NCBI GenBank assembly: GCA_965199495.1
Contig: CBDASK010000003.1
Coordinates: 4,608,001 to 4,672,000 of the forward strand
Length of the DNA: 64,000 nt
Origin: Abditibacterium sp.
Lineage (GTDB): Bacteria; Armatimonadota; Abditibacteriia; Abditibacteriales; Abditibacteriaceae
Direction of reading: 5' to 3'
The position numbers were made by a program, and so were the translations under genes. Position 1 is the stretch's first letter. Every line of letters starts with the position of its first letter. A model generated the notes under the pieces. It did not search any database. It was not told where the DNA came from and was given only the letters and a program-made list of their open reading frames with translations. Below, piece by piece: positions 18,433-27,448 of this stretch.

Positions 18433-19407
18433 ATGAGACAATCAATAAAAGTCGAGGACAAAGTTGCAAAAGTCGTTGCTGTGTGCGTCGTAGGAACGTT
18501 TGTCGGCGGATGCAGCCAGAATTCCGTTCCTGTAACCGAGGCCGTGGCTGCTCCAGTCGCCACACCGACGACCAAACCCACGCCCAAGCCGACAGCCACA
18601 CCGATGCCCAAACATATAGGCATCGGATTGTTTAGCGTAAAAACCAAACAAAAAGTTTTCGCGCTCACTTTCGATGATGGGCCAGACCCGTCTTACACGC
18701 CGAAAATCGTAAAAATTTTGCAGGAGAAAAAAGTTCCCGCTACATTTTTCATGGTCGGCGCGATGGTGCGCGCGCACGCCCCGACCGGAATGTTGGTCGT
18801 CAAAGCGGGCTTTCCGATTGGCAATCATACGTGGACGCACCCGATGCGCCCGCCCAATCCGCGCGCCGAAATCGAGCGCACCGACGCCATCATCGAGAAG
18901 AATCTGGGCATCACGCCGCACCTGTTTCGTCCGCCTTACGGCATTCGCACGAACGGTCTGGCGAGCGTGGCCAGTGCGCGCGGCGAAGACGTGATCATCT
19001 GGTCGTCCGATTCCGACGATTGGAATCACGGCACCAATGCCTCGCGCGTTTATAATAATGTGATGAAAAATGCGGGTTCGGGCGGCATCGCCTTGATGCA
19101 CGACGGCGGCGGCAACCGCTCGGCGACGGTGGCTGCTCTGCCGGGCATCATTGACGCGCTGCGCAATCGCGGATTTAAATTGGTGACAGTGCCCCAACTG
19201 ATGACGATGGGCCAACCCGACATCGCGCGCATCGGCCCGAAATCGAAGCGCAAGTCGCACGCGAAATCGCATAAAACTCACGCGCAGAAAGTCGCAACAA
19301 AGAAAGTAAATTCCACTAAAATGGTGCCCATGAAAGTCACGCCAACCCAACCCACGCCAAAGCCAGCAGCGACAACCAAAGCAACGCCAACGAAACCCGC
19401 GCATTAA
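18433..19407 (+). CDS. Polysaccharide deacetylase (CE4) lipoprotein with basic low-complexity tail
   Basis: LTFDDGP, GNHTWTH, FRPPYG, DSDDW, LMHDGGG; VGGC lipobox. Confidence 0.92.
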   Translation: MRQSIKVEDKVAKVVAVCVVGTFVGGCSQNSVPVTEAVAAPVATPTTKPTPKPTATPMPKHIGIGLFSVKTKQKVFALTFDDGPDPSYTPKIVKILQEKKVPATFFMVGAMVRAHAPTGMLVVKAGFPIGNHTWTHPMRPPNPRAEIERTDAIIEKNLGITPHLFRPPYGIRTNGLASVASARGEDVIIWSSDSDDWNHGTNASRVYNNVMKNAGSGGIALMHDGGGNRSATVAALPGIIDALRNRGFKLVTVPQLMTMGQPDIARIGPKSKRKSHAKSHKTHAQKVATKKVNSTKMVPMKVTPTQPTPKPAATTKATPTKPAH

Positions 19408-20345
19408 CCGAAAATCGCCACGCTGATTTCTCCGTCGGCGCCGACTTGCCCGCGATACATGCCCGCCGAATTGAAGCACAATTCGATGTGGCCCGTTTTA
19501 TCAATCGCGATAACGCCGCCGTCGCCGCCGCGCGCGACCAACTTATTTTGCACGACTTCTTCGGCGGCTTCGCGCAAACTCAGGTCGCGATATTCCATTA
19601 ACGCCGAAATATCATAAGCCACGACGTTACAGATAAAATGCTCGCCGTGCCCGGTCGAAGAAACCGCGCAAGTCGCGTCGTTGGCGTAGGTGCCCGCGCC
19701 GACGATGGGCGAATCGCCGACGCGTCCCCATTTGCGATTGATCATGCCGCCCGTCGAAGTCGCGGCGGCCAAGTGTCCCACCTTATCAAGAGCCACGGCG
19801 CCGACGGTGCCGAATTTTTCGCCATCGGGCAAAACGTCGGCGCTCTGAACTTCGGCGGTTTCGCGCTGTAATTTTTCCAGTTTTTCGAGTTGATGCGGCG
19901 TGGCGAAATAGCTCGGCTCGACGATTTCGAGATTACAATGACGCGCGAACGCTTCGGCGCCCGCGCCAAGGAGCAGCACATAAGGCGAGCGTTCCATGAC
20001 GGCGCGCGCGGCGCTAACGGGATTGCGAATCGTCGTCACGCCCGCGACGCCGCCCGCCATTAACGTGCGCCCATCCATAATCGAGGCGTCGAGTTCGTTG
20101 CGCCCATCGTGGGTGAAACTGGCGCCGCGAGCAGCGTTGAACCAAGGCGAATCTTCGAGCAGACGCACGGCGACCTCGACCGCATCGAGCGCGCTGGCGT
20201 TCTGGTCGAGCATGGAATGCCCGACTTGCAAAACCTGCTGCAAAACATCGCGACAGGCGCGTTCTTGATCGGGCGGCAAATTGGCGGGCGTAATATCGCC
20301 CGCGCCGCCGTGAATCGCGAGGCCGAAATTGGGAGTTGAGTTCAT
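19404..20345 (-). CDS. iaaA: Isoaspartyl peptidase / L-asparaginase (Ntn hydrolase)
   Basis: AIHGGAG, ELDASIMDG, GTVGAVA, ATSTGG, GRVGDSP, STGHGE. Confidence 0.95.
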   Translation of the reverse strand: MNSTPNFGLAIHGGAGDITPANLPPDQERACRDVLQQVLQVGHSMLDQNASALDAVEVAVRLLEDSPWFNAARGASFTHDGRNELDASIMDGRTLMAGGVAGVTTIRNPVSAARAVMERSPYVLLLGAGAEAFARHCNLEIVEPSYFATPHQLEKLEKLQRETAEVQSADVLPDGEKFGTVGAVALDKVGHLAAATSTGGMINRKWGRVGDSPIVGAGTYANDATCAVSSTGHGEHFICNVVAYDISALMEYRDLSLREAAEEVVQNKLVARGGDGGVIAIDKTGHIELCFNSAGMYRGQVGADGEISVAIFG

Positions 20346-20356
20346 AAAATTAAAAA

Positions 20357-20932
20357 CTAACGCGTTTCGATTTTTTCGATACGCCGGTCGGGAATGAACC
20401 AAATCGCCGCCACTACACAATAGAGCGCAAATCCCAACCAGTGATTGACGAAAGTGAGTGCAATCGCCAACAGATAAATCACCAACGAAATTTTGGCTTT
20501 GTAATCTTTGGTAATCGCCTCAGCGAGTTTGGAATTCGGCCCCTCGATTTTCAATAAAATACGCGAGAGAATCGTAAAAGCGAACGCGCACATCAATAAG
20601 CAAAATCCGTAAACCGCGACGGGAATGGTGGCGAAATGGTTCTCGCCCATCCAGCCCGACGCGAACGGAATCAGCGACAGCCAGAACAACAGATGCAAAT
20701 TCGCCCATAACGCCGCGCCGTTAGTTTTATGAACGGTTTGCAACATATGATGGTGATTGTTCCAATAAATACCGACGTAAATAAAACTCAAAACGTAAGA
20801 CAAAAATACCGGCAACAATTCGCGCAGATTTTCCAATTGCGCGCCGTGTGGAACTTTGAGTTCCAACACCATAATCGTGATGATGATTGCGATAACGCCA
20901 TCGCTAAAGGCTTCCATGCGGGACTTGTTCAT
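20357..20932 (-). CDS. TMEM175-family potassium channel
   Basis: RMEAFSDGVIAIIITIMVLEL, YWNNHH. Confidence 0.92.
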   Translation of the reverse strand: MNKSRMEAFSDGVIAIIITIMVLELKVPHGAQLENLRELLPVFLSYVLSFIYVGIYWNNHHHMLQTVHKTNGAALWANLHLLFWLSLIPFASGWMGENHFATIPVAVYGFCLLMCAFAFTILSRILLKIEGPNSKLAEAITKDYKAKISLVIYLLAIALTFVNHWLGFALYCVVAAIWFIPDRRIEKIETR

Positions 20933-20989
20933 AAGAAATTCTCGCCTTCAATTTAAACACAAATCGAGTTCGGTAAACTACCAATTGCT

Positions 20990-21613
20990 ATGAGCGCGCA
21001 ACATCAACTCGAAACTTGGACAGAGCAAGAATTTTGGGATTACGAAGAGAAATCCGAAGTTCGACACGAGTTCATCAACGGCCAACTTTACGCGATGGCG
21101 GGCGGCACTTTGAATCACGCCAAAATTTGCACAAACGTTGTCACGTCTGCCAAAACTCGTCTGCGAGGCAAGCGTTGCACTGCCGTGACCAGCGAACTCA
21201 AAGTCAAAGTCGAAGCGACTGGCGATTCGTTTTATCCCGACGCCACGATTTACTGCCCACCCTCGCGCTTTGCGGGCAAAGGCGATCACACGCTTTTGAC
21301 GCCCTCGGTTTTGTTCGAGGTTTTGTCGCCCAAAACCAAAGAGTTCAATCGCACCGGAAAAATGGCGTTTTATCAGAGAATTGAGACTTTAACCGATTAT
21401 CTCTTGATAGATTCGGAGCGCATCTGCGTCGAGCATTGGAGCCATGAGAACATCAACGAAGATTGGCGTTGGCGGCTTTACACCCAGTGCAGCAAAAGCG
21501 TGAAATTTCCCAGATTGGAAATCGAATTGCCGCTCGAAGAGATTTACGAAGAGTTGGAAATGATCGAAGATTGGGTCGAAAAGCAGATGGCGCGGGCGGA
21601 CGAAGACGATTAG
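20990..21613 (+). CDS. Uma2 family putative endonuclease
   Basis: RHEFINGQLYAMAGG, YPDA, FEVLSP, YLLID. Confidence 0.92.
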   Translation: MSAQHQLETWTEQEFWDYEEKSEVRHEFINGQLYAMAGGTLNHAKICTNVVTSAKTRLRGKRCTAVTSELKVKVEATGDSFYPDATIYCPPSRFAGKGDHTLLTPSVLFEVLSPKTKEFNRTGKMAFYQRIETLTDYLLIDSERICVEHWSHENINEDWRWRLYTQCSKSVKFPRLEIELPLEEIYEELEMIEDWVEKQMARADEDD

Positions 21614-21795
21614 GAGTTGTGCAGTTGGTTCGCGTCTGTCATTTCGAGCGGAGCCGAGAAATCTTGTGGCCCCGCGCCAGCGGAAATAATGCGTAGGTCT
21701 GAAGGTCAAAACCGCTCGAATTGCGTTGCCGCGCGGGCATAAGATTTCTCGACTCCGCTCGAAATGACAGACGCGAACCAACTGCACAACTCCTA
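21611..21795. repeat. Long palindromic element, TGTCATT family copy 2, with TAGGAGTTGTGCA outer termini
   Basis: Inverted arms of about 58 bp with two differences; supplies the Uma2 TAG stop. Confidence 0.9.
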
Positions 21796-21851
21796 AAGAT
21801 TAGCTTTGGGTAATAGACAACGTAATTCTCAGAAACTTGTGGCGCTGCGTT

Positions 21852-23012
21852 TTATTTCTGGCCAAAGAACGCCAGCATTTTTTCGAGCGCGTCGGCGCTG
21901 TGCATCTGCTCTCCGTTGTCTAAAGATTCGCGCGCGGCTTTTGCCGCTCTGGTTCGCATTTGGTTTTCGTAAGCCGCGATTGCGGTTTGCGTATCGCCGA
22001 AATTTTCGTCGCACAAATACCGGCTGAGTTCCAGAGCATCGAGCATCGCCATGTTGGCGCCTTCTCCCGCAAAGGGCGGCATGACGTGCGCGGCGTCGCC
22101 GAGCAGGGTCAAATTGGGCTGAGCGTCCCAATTTTGATTCAAAGGCATACAAACAATTGGGCGCGGAACAAGCGGCGTGGCTGCATTTTTCATCAGTTCG
22201 TGCCAGACATCGCTCCACTCGGCATATTCGGTTTTGAACCACGCCAGCATTTGCGTTTTATCCGAAAAATCTAAACCGCTATCTGCGGGCCAGTTTTCCT
22301 CGGTGACAAAGCTCGCGTAAAAAGTCAAGTCGCCGTTGCCTTTCATGCCCATCAATAAATTTTTGGTGTTTCCGAAAGCCATGATTTTGCCGCCGTCCAG
22401 CAATCTATAAATTTCGGGCGTTGCTTTTTCTGCGTTGTAAACCGTGCCTTCCAGCATAGTAATGCCCGAATAAAACGCCTTGATGTCGGTGATGTAAGGC
22501 CGAATTTTGGAGTTGGCGCCATCAGCAGCCACGACGACATCGGCATAAGCCGACGAACCGTTTTTAAAGTGCAAACGCCAGCCCGCATCTTGTTTTTCCA
22601 TCGAAACAAAATGGCTGTCCCACACCACGGTTCCCGGCTGCAAAGATTCCAGCAACATCTTCCGTAACGGGCCACGATCTATTTCGGGCCGAAAATGTGG
22701 GTTGCTGAAATCTGCTGCGGGCGCGGTTTCGTGGTCGCTGTAAAATATCTCAGCGCGCTCATTGACGATCAGCGTTTTATCGGCGCCGGGCCGATAATTC
22801 TGTTTGAACTCGTCCAACAAATCGGCGGCGCGCAACGCCGCCAGCCCCGAACCTTCGTGCATATCGAGCGGCGAACCAATCATGCGAGCCGTTTGGTCAA
22901 AATCTCGTTCATAAACTTTGACGCTCGCGCCTTTGCGTTGTAAAAGCCGCGCCAAAATGAGTCCGCCGGGGCCGCCGCCAACGACAGCGATACGTTTGTT
23001 TTGTATCAACAT
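21852..23012 (-). CDS. FAD-dependent monooxygenase, Tet(X)-like family
   Basis: GGGPGGL, VYERD, LDMHEGSG, RPEIDRGPLR, ADGANS, GDAAHVMPPFAGEGANMAMLDA. Confidence 0.88.
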   Translation of the reverse strand: MLIQNKRIAVVGGGPGGLILARLLQRKGASVKVYERDFDQTARMIGSPLDMHEGSGLAALRAADLLDEFKQNYRPGADKTLIVNERAEIFYSDHETAPAADFSNPHFRPEIDRGPLRKMLLESLQPGTVVWDSHFVSMEKQDAGWRLHFKNGSSAYADVVVAADGANSKIRPYITDIKAFYSGITMLEGTVYNAEKATPEIYRLLDGGKIMAFGNTKNLLMGMKGNGDLTFYASFVTEENWPADSGLDFSDKTQMLAWFKTEYAEWSDVWHELMKNAATPLVPRPIVCMPLNQNWDAQPNLTLLGDAAHVMPPFAGEGANMAMLDALELSRYLCDENFGDTQTAIAAYENQMRTRAAKAARESLDNGEQMHSADALEKMLAFFGQK

Positions 23013-23041
23013 AAATTACATTTTAACGCGCCAGACAAATT

Positions 23042-23155
23042 GTGCGCTTTGCGAGATTAAAACTCGAACTGCCGCGCGAAGAGAATGACAAAGCGTTGGA
23101 AATGCTTCAAGATTGGGTCGAAAAATGGATAGCGCGCGAAGACGATTCGCGTTGA
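23042..23155 (+). pseudogene. Diverged duplicate of the Uma2 gene 3' end
   Basis: Encodes VRFARLKLELPREENDKALEMLQDWVEKWIAREDDSR*, versus VKFPRLEIELPLEEIYEELEMIEDWVEKQMARADEDD* at 21500-21613. Confidence 0.8.
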
Positions 23156-23286
23156 GAAACAGACAAAATAAAGCGGCGAAAAAATCTCGTCAAGACACTG
23201 TAATGGGAAGGACGCCAGCCCAGGTGGTTTGTGCTATTTGCAGCGGCGGGATTGCTCAGAAAAACGGCTTGCAGTTCTAAAAGATA

Positions 23287-23404
23287 ATAATCCGGTAACT
23301 TTTTGAAAGCCAACAAATCCAAGCGTGAAATCTGAATTTTTACTGGCACTATTACGTAGGTTTTAGCGTGAAATCTACGCAAATTCAAAAAGTTACCGGA
23401 TTAT
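23287..23404. mobile_element. MITE-like element
   Basis: Perfect 21-bp terminal inverted repeats ATAATCCGGTAACTTTTTGAA; internal direct repeat AGCGTGAAATCT occurs twice. Confidence 0.65.
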
Positions 23405-23428
23405 CGAAAAGAGAGCCTATCGCGCGGC

Positions 23429-25045
23429 TTACTTCGGCCCAGTCTTGTCATAGCGCGTGCCTTTGAGAAGATCGGCGCGTTTTGGATCAATTTTAAGGGC
23501 CTCGTCCACATCCTTTTGTGCGTTGGCGAAGTCGCCTTTTTGGTCGTAAGCGGTGGCGCGCAAAAGCAGCGCGTCGGCGTGCTGGGCGTCCGATACCGAC
23601 ATCACTTCGCTCAAATCGGGCAAATCGTCGCCGTCCATCGCGTCGCCCAACGAAAAATTGACATCGGCGATCACGCCGTCCCAGTTTTTCTTCTGACTAT
23701 AAAGCCGCGCGCGCAGCAAATGCCGCGCGACCTGCGGATGCAATTTGAGCGCGGCGTTCACGTCGGCGATGGCGTTATCCGCATCATTGGTGGAGGCGTA
23801 AACCTGGGCGCGATTGTCCAGCATCTCGGCTTTGAACGCGTCGCCTGTCGCACCGGAAAAAACGGCGGGCCACGTATAAGTGAGTTCGGGCGGCAAATCA
23901 CGCGGTGCAAGCGTCACGGCGCGGGTGTAAATTTCGACGAGCTTTTTCGCGTCGGGCGCGGGATTGGAACGCTCAACTAAAGCCAGCAAAGCGGGCCACT
24001 GCGCGACCTGTGGCTCGATAGCGGCGGCTTGATTTATCAGCGCAATCGCATCGGCGCGCGCTTGCAAAGTCTCTTTTGCCGCCGCCGCTCTATCCGCGTC
24101 GTTGGGTATTATGGAAACCACTTTGGGCGGAGTGCTCAACAGGTAAATCGCTTTGGCAGCCAACGCGGGCGTATAATTCGCGTCGCGCTTCATCGTGTCG
24201 TCAAAATCCGTCAGAATTTCATCGCGATGGGAAACATCGAAAATAGAATTTTGGCCCGCGTGCAAGACGACCTGTGCGAGCGTGGCGTCGAGCAACGGCG
24301 CAGGCGATTTCTGGTCGAGTTGAGCTGCACTATCGAAGTCATGCGCCGCACGCTCCATTGCTTGCGCGCCGTTTTCTCTGTCGGCCACCGCACTGCGGAA
24401 ACGCAGCAAACCGCGCGCGCGCCACGCCGCACCGTCGTTGTGATTCTCGTGAAGCGCTTTGTTGGCGAGCGCCAGGTCTTCCGGGAAATCGGGTTCTTTC
24501 CAAGCGGCTTTGTCCGTTGCCGATTTTAAATCCGCTTTGGCGGCGGCGGTATCCTCGCGCGCATCTTTCAAATCGCCTTGCAGAAAACGCGCGCGCGCGC
24601 GCGCCAGATGCGCGTCGCTCCAATCGTTTTGAGCGGCGAGCGCGCTGCTAAAGTCGGTAATTGCGGCGTCGCTCTTGTCGCTCTTGGTGAAGTCAAAATA
24701 ACTCGACTTGTCCACGTCAAAATCGAGTTCGGCGAGTCCGCGATAATAGGCAGCCACGCCGATGTCGCGCGCGGGCGCTTGCTTATCCAACTCGATGACT
24801 TTGCTGTAATCCGCAATGGCTTCGCCGTAGAGTTGAAGTCCGCGTTCGGCATCGGCGCGGTCGCTGTAAGCCGCGATTAAAGCGTCGCGGTCGCCGCCAG
24901 CGTTGATTTTGGCGGTGGCGTTTGCGATGTCTTGTTGCGGAGATCCCAAATCGTCAACATCGTCAGCGCGAGCCAAGCGCGTTGGGCCAATAAAAACCCC
25001 GACCGCAACGGCAGACACAACCAAAACTAATGAGATTTTTTTCAT
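23429..25045 (-). CDS. Secreted TPR-repeat protein
   Basis: Signal peptide; repeated AYxxRA/G...AIADxxxA TPR patterns. Confidence 0.88.
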   Translation of the reverse strand: MKKISLVLVVSAVAVGVFIGPTRLARADDVDDLGSPQQDIANATAKINAGGDRDALIAAYSDRADAERGLQLYGEAIADYSKVIELDKQAPARDIGVAAYYRGLAELDFDVDKSSYFDFTKSDKSDAAITDFSSALAAQNDWSDAHLARARARFLQGDLKDAREDTAAAKADLKSATDKAAWKEPDFPEDLALANKALHENHNDGAAWRARGLLRFRSAVADRENGAQAMERAAHDFDSAAQLDQKSPAPLLDATLAQVVLHAGQNSIFDVSHRDEILTDFDDTMKRDANYTPALAAKAIYLLSTPPKVVSIIPNDADRAAAAKETLQARADAIALINQAAAIEPQVAQWPALLALVERSNPAPDAKKLVEIYTRAVTLAPRDLPPELTYTWPAVFSGATGDAFKAEMLDNRAQVYASTNDADNAIADVNAALKLHPQVARHLLRARLYSQKKNWDGVIADVNFSLGDAMDGDDLPDLSEVMSVSDAQHADALLLRATAYDQKGDFANAQKDVDEALKIDPKRADLLKGTRYDKTGPK

Positions 25046-25238
25046 GATTTTCTCCCATGCAGCGACTCATTTCATCCAACTCATTTCAGCGCGCGAAGTC
25101 CAAATGAGGACACCGCCGAAACCGAAAGTGACAAGAGTTTCGCTGATTTTGATACGCATAGAAAGGACTCAAGTGAGAGTATTCAGTCGCGCGGGGAGAT
25201 TGGAAAATGTGGTTCAATCGCTCCGCTCTTCGATACAA

Positions 25239-25276
25239 CGCGCGCTTTGTAAACTAAACGGGTGCAAAACGCTTCT
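25239..25276 (+). repeat. 38-bp exact direct repeat of the lepA -10/start region (second copy at 25591-25628)
   Basis: CGCGCGCTTTGTAAACTAAACGGGTGCAAAACGCTTCT occurs twice, 352 bp apart. Confidence 0.92.
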
Positions 25277-25561
25277 ATTTTTCTACGATAGCGATATTAC
25301 GCTCTCGCTCATGTTCCGCGTAATAGCGCGCTTTGCCCGTTCGGTCGTTGACCATAATCGTTTTGTGAAAACCATCTAATGACTTGAATCCGGGAATTAT
25401 TGGATTGACAAGCACGTTCCATTCTCCTGTGTTCACGGATCGAGGTTCACGCCCACAATTTCAAACTCTTCCTTCCCGACTTCAGCCTCAAAAGTCGCGG
25501 CGATGACTCTGACGCGGTTTTCATCGAGCCGTGGTTTGCGACGCTTTCCGTTTTTGCCCAT
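25275..25561 (-). pseudogene. Frameshifted small hypothetical gene between the lepA direct repeats
   Basis: TATAAT 9 nt before ATG; MGKNGKRRKPRLDENRVRVIAATFEAEVGKEEFEIVGVNLD continues after a 1-nt shift as VNTGEWNVLVNPIIPG...IVEK*. Confidence 0.5.
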
Positions 25562-25613
25562 AGTCGTTTGATTATACAATCGGTGTTATCCGCGCGCTTT
25601 GTAAACTAAACGG

Positions 25614-27446
25614 GTGCAAAACGCTTCTCTCCTGCCCGCCGCGCGCGTGCCGCAGTCTCATATCCGTAATTTCTCGATTATCGCCCACATCGATCACGGC
25701 AAGTCCACGCTTGCCGACCGCATCTTGCAAATGACGGGCAACGTCGCCGACCGCGACATGAAAGAGCAACTGCTCGACTCGATGGACTTGGAGCGCGAGC
25801 GCGGCATCACCATCAAAGCCTCGGCGGTGCGCCTTGATTATACCGCGCGCGATGGGCAGCAATACGTTTTAAATCTGATTGACACGCCCGGCCACGTTGA
25901 CTTTACCTACGAAGTTTCGCGCGCGCTGGCAGCTTGCGAAGGCGCGTTGCTCATTGTTGATGCTTCGCAGGGCGTCGAGGCGCAGACGTTGGCCAACGCG
26001 CATCTGGCGATTATGAACGATCTGGAAATTATTCCGGTTCTCAACAAGATTGATTTGCCATCCGCCGACCCCGACCGCGTGATCGAAGAAATCGAGCAGA
26101 TCATCGGCTTGCCGGGCGAAGAAGCGATTTTAGCATCGGGCAAAAGTGGCATCGGTGTCGAAGATATTTTGGAAGCCGTCGTCGCGCGCGTGCCCGCGCC
26201 GATTGGCGATCCGAACGCGCCGCTCAAAGCATTAATTTTCGATTCGGCTTACGATACTTATCGCGGCGTCGTGGTCTACGTGCGTATCAAAGAGGGCATT
26301 TTGAAGCGCGGGCAAAAAATCCACATGATGGGGCCGGGAACCAACTTCGAGGTTCTGGAATTGGGCGTTTTTCGCCCACAGATGACGCCGACGAACGAAC
26401 TGCATCCGGGCGAAAGCGGCTATATTATCGCGGGCATCAAGGACGTGGCTGATGTTCGCATCGGCGATACCGTCACCGATTTCAAGAATCAGGCCGCCGA
26501 AGCGTTGCCCGGTTATCGCGAGCCGAAACCGATGGTTTTCTGCGGATTGTATCCGATTAACGCCGACGAATTCCCCGATTTGCGCGACGCGTTAGACAGA
26601 TTGCGTTTGAACGATTCGTCGCTGGTTTATCAGGCCGAAAGTTCGCCCGCGCTGGGTTTTGGTTTTCGCTGCGGCTTTTTAGGTTTGCTGCACATGGACA
26701 TCGTGCAGGAACGTTTGGAGCGCGAGTTCAATCTCAGCCTCATCGCCACGGCGCCGAGCGTTGTTTATCGCGTCGAATTGAACAACGGAAAAATCGTCGA
26801 AATTGATAACCCGTCGCAGATGCCGGAAAGCAAAGACCGCGAGCGCGTCGAAGAACCGATGGTGACTTGCACGATTTTAGTGCCCGGCGAATACGTCGGC
26901 GCGGTTTTGAAACTTTGCACCGACAAACGCGGCACCCAGAAATCAATGGATGTCGTCGCGGCGGGCCGCTATTCGATTGTCTACGAATTGCCATTGTCGG
27001 AATTGGTGATGGATTTCTTCGACCAACTCAAAAGCCGCACGCGTGGCTACGCTTCGATGGATTACGAAGTTTCGGGCTATCAAACTTCGCCACTCGTGAA
27101 AGTCGATATTCTGATTAACGGCGATTCGGTGGACGCTTTAAGTTTCGTGTGCCATAAAGATCAAGCGCACGGGCGCGGCAAACAAATCTGCGAAAAGATG
27201 AAAGAATTGATCGATCGCCAGATGTTCCAAATCAAAATTCAGGCGGCGATTGGCAGCAAAGTCGTGGCGTCCGAACAACTTTCGGCGATGCGCAAAGATG
27301 TAACGGCCAAATGTTACGGCGGCGACATTTCGCGCAAACGCAAGCTATTGGAACGCCAGAAAGAAGGCAAAAAGCGCATGAAGCAAGTCGGCAACGTCGA
27401 GATTCCGCAGGAAGCGTTCTTGTCGATTTTGAAGGTCGGCGATTGA
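25614..27446 (+). CDS. lepA: Elongation factor 4 (LepA)
   Basis: [53 protein letters not shown]. Confidence 0.99.
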   Translation: MQNASLLPAARVPQSHIRNFSIIAHIDHGKSTLADRILQMTGNVADRDMKEQLLDSMDLERERGITIKASAVRLDYTARDGQQYVLNLIDTPGHVDFTYEVSRALAACEGALLIVDASQGVEAQTLANAHLAIMNDLEIIPVLNKIDLPSADPDRVIEEIEQIIGLPGEEAILASGKSGIGVEDILEAVVARVPAPIGDPNAPLKALIFDSAYDTYRGVVVYVRIKEGILKRGQKIHMMGPGTNFEVLELGVFRPQMTPTNELHPGESGYIIAGIKDVADVRIGDTVTDFKNQAAEALPGYREPKPMVFCGLYPINADEFPDLRDALDRLRLNDSSLVYQAESSPALGFGFRCGFLGLLHMDIVQERLEREFNLSLIATAPSVVYRVELNNGKIVEIDNPSQMPESKDRERVEEPMVTCTILVPGEYVGAVLKLCTDKRGTQKSMDVVAAGRYSIVYELPLSELVMDFFDQLKSRTRGYASMDYEVSGYQTSPLVKVDILINGDSVDALSFVCHKDQAHGRGKQICEKMKELIDRQMFQIKIQAAIGSKVVASEQLSAMRKDVTAKCYGGDISRKRKLLERQKEGKKRMKQVGNVEIPQEAFLSILKVGD

Positions 27447-27448
27447 GC

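Noticed and set aside
21660..21745. Inner part of the TGTCATT elements as a known self-cleaving ribozyme
   Set aside because: I could not match hammerhead, HDV or twister core motifs, and the loops are unrelated between copies
27311..27448. Upstream start of the methyltransferase given by the ORF track
   Set aside because: It overlaps lepA by more than 130 nt; the ATG at 27449 just after the lepA stop is more plausible
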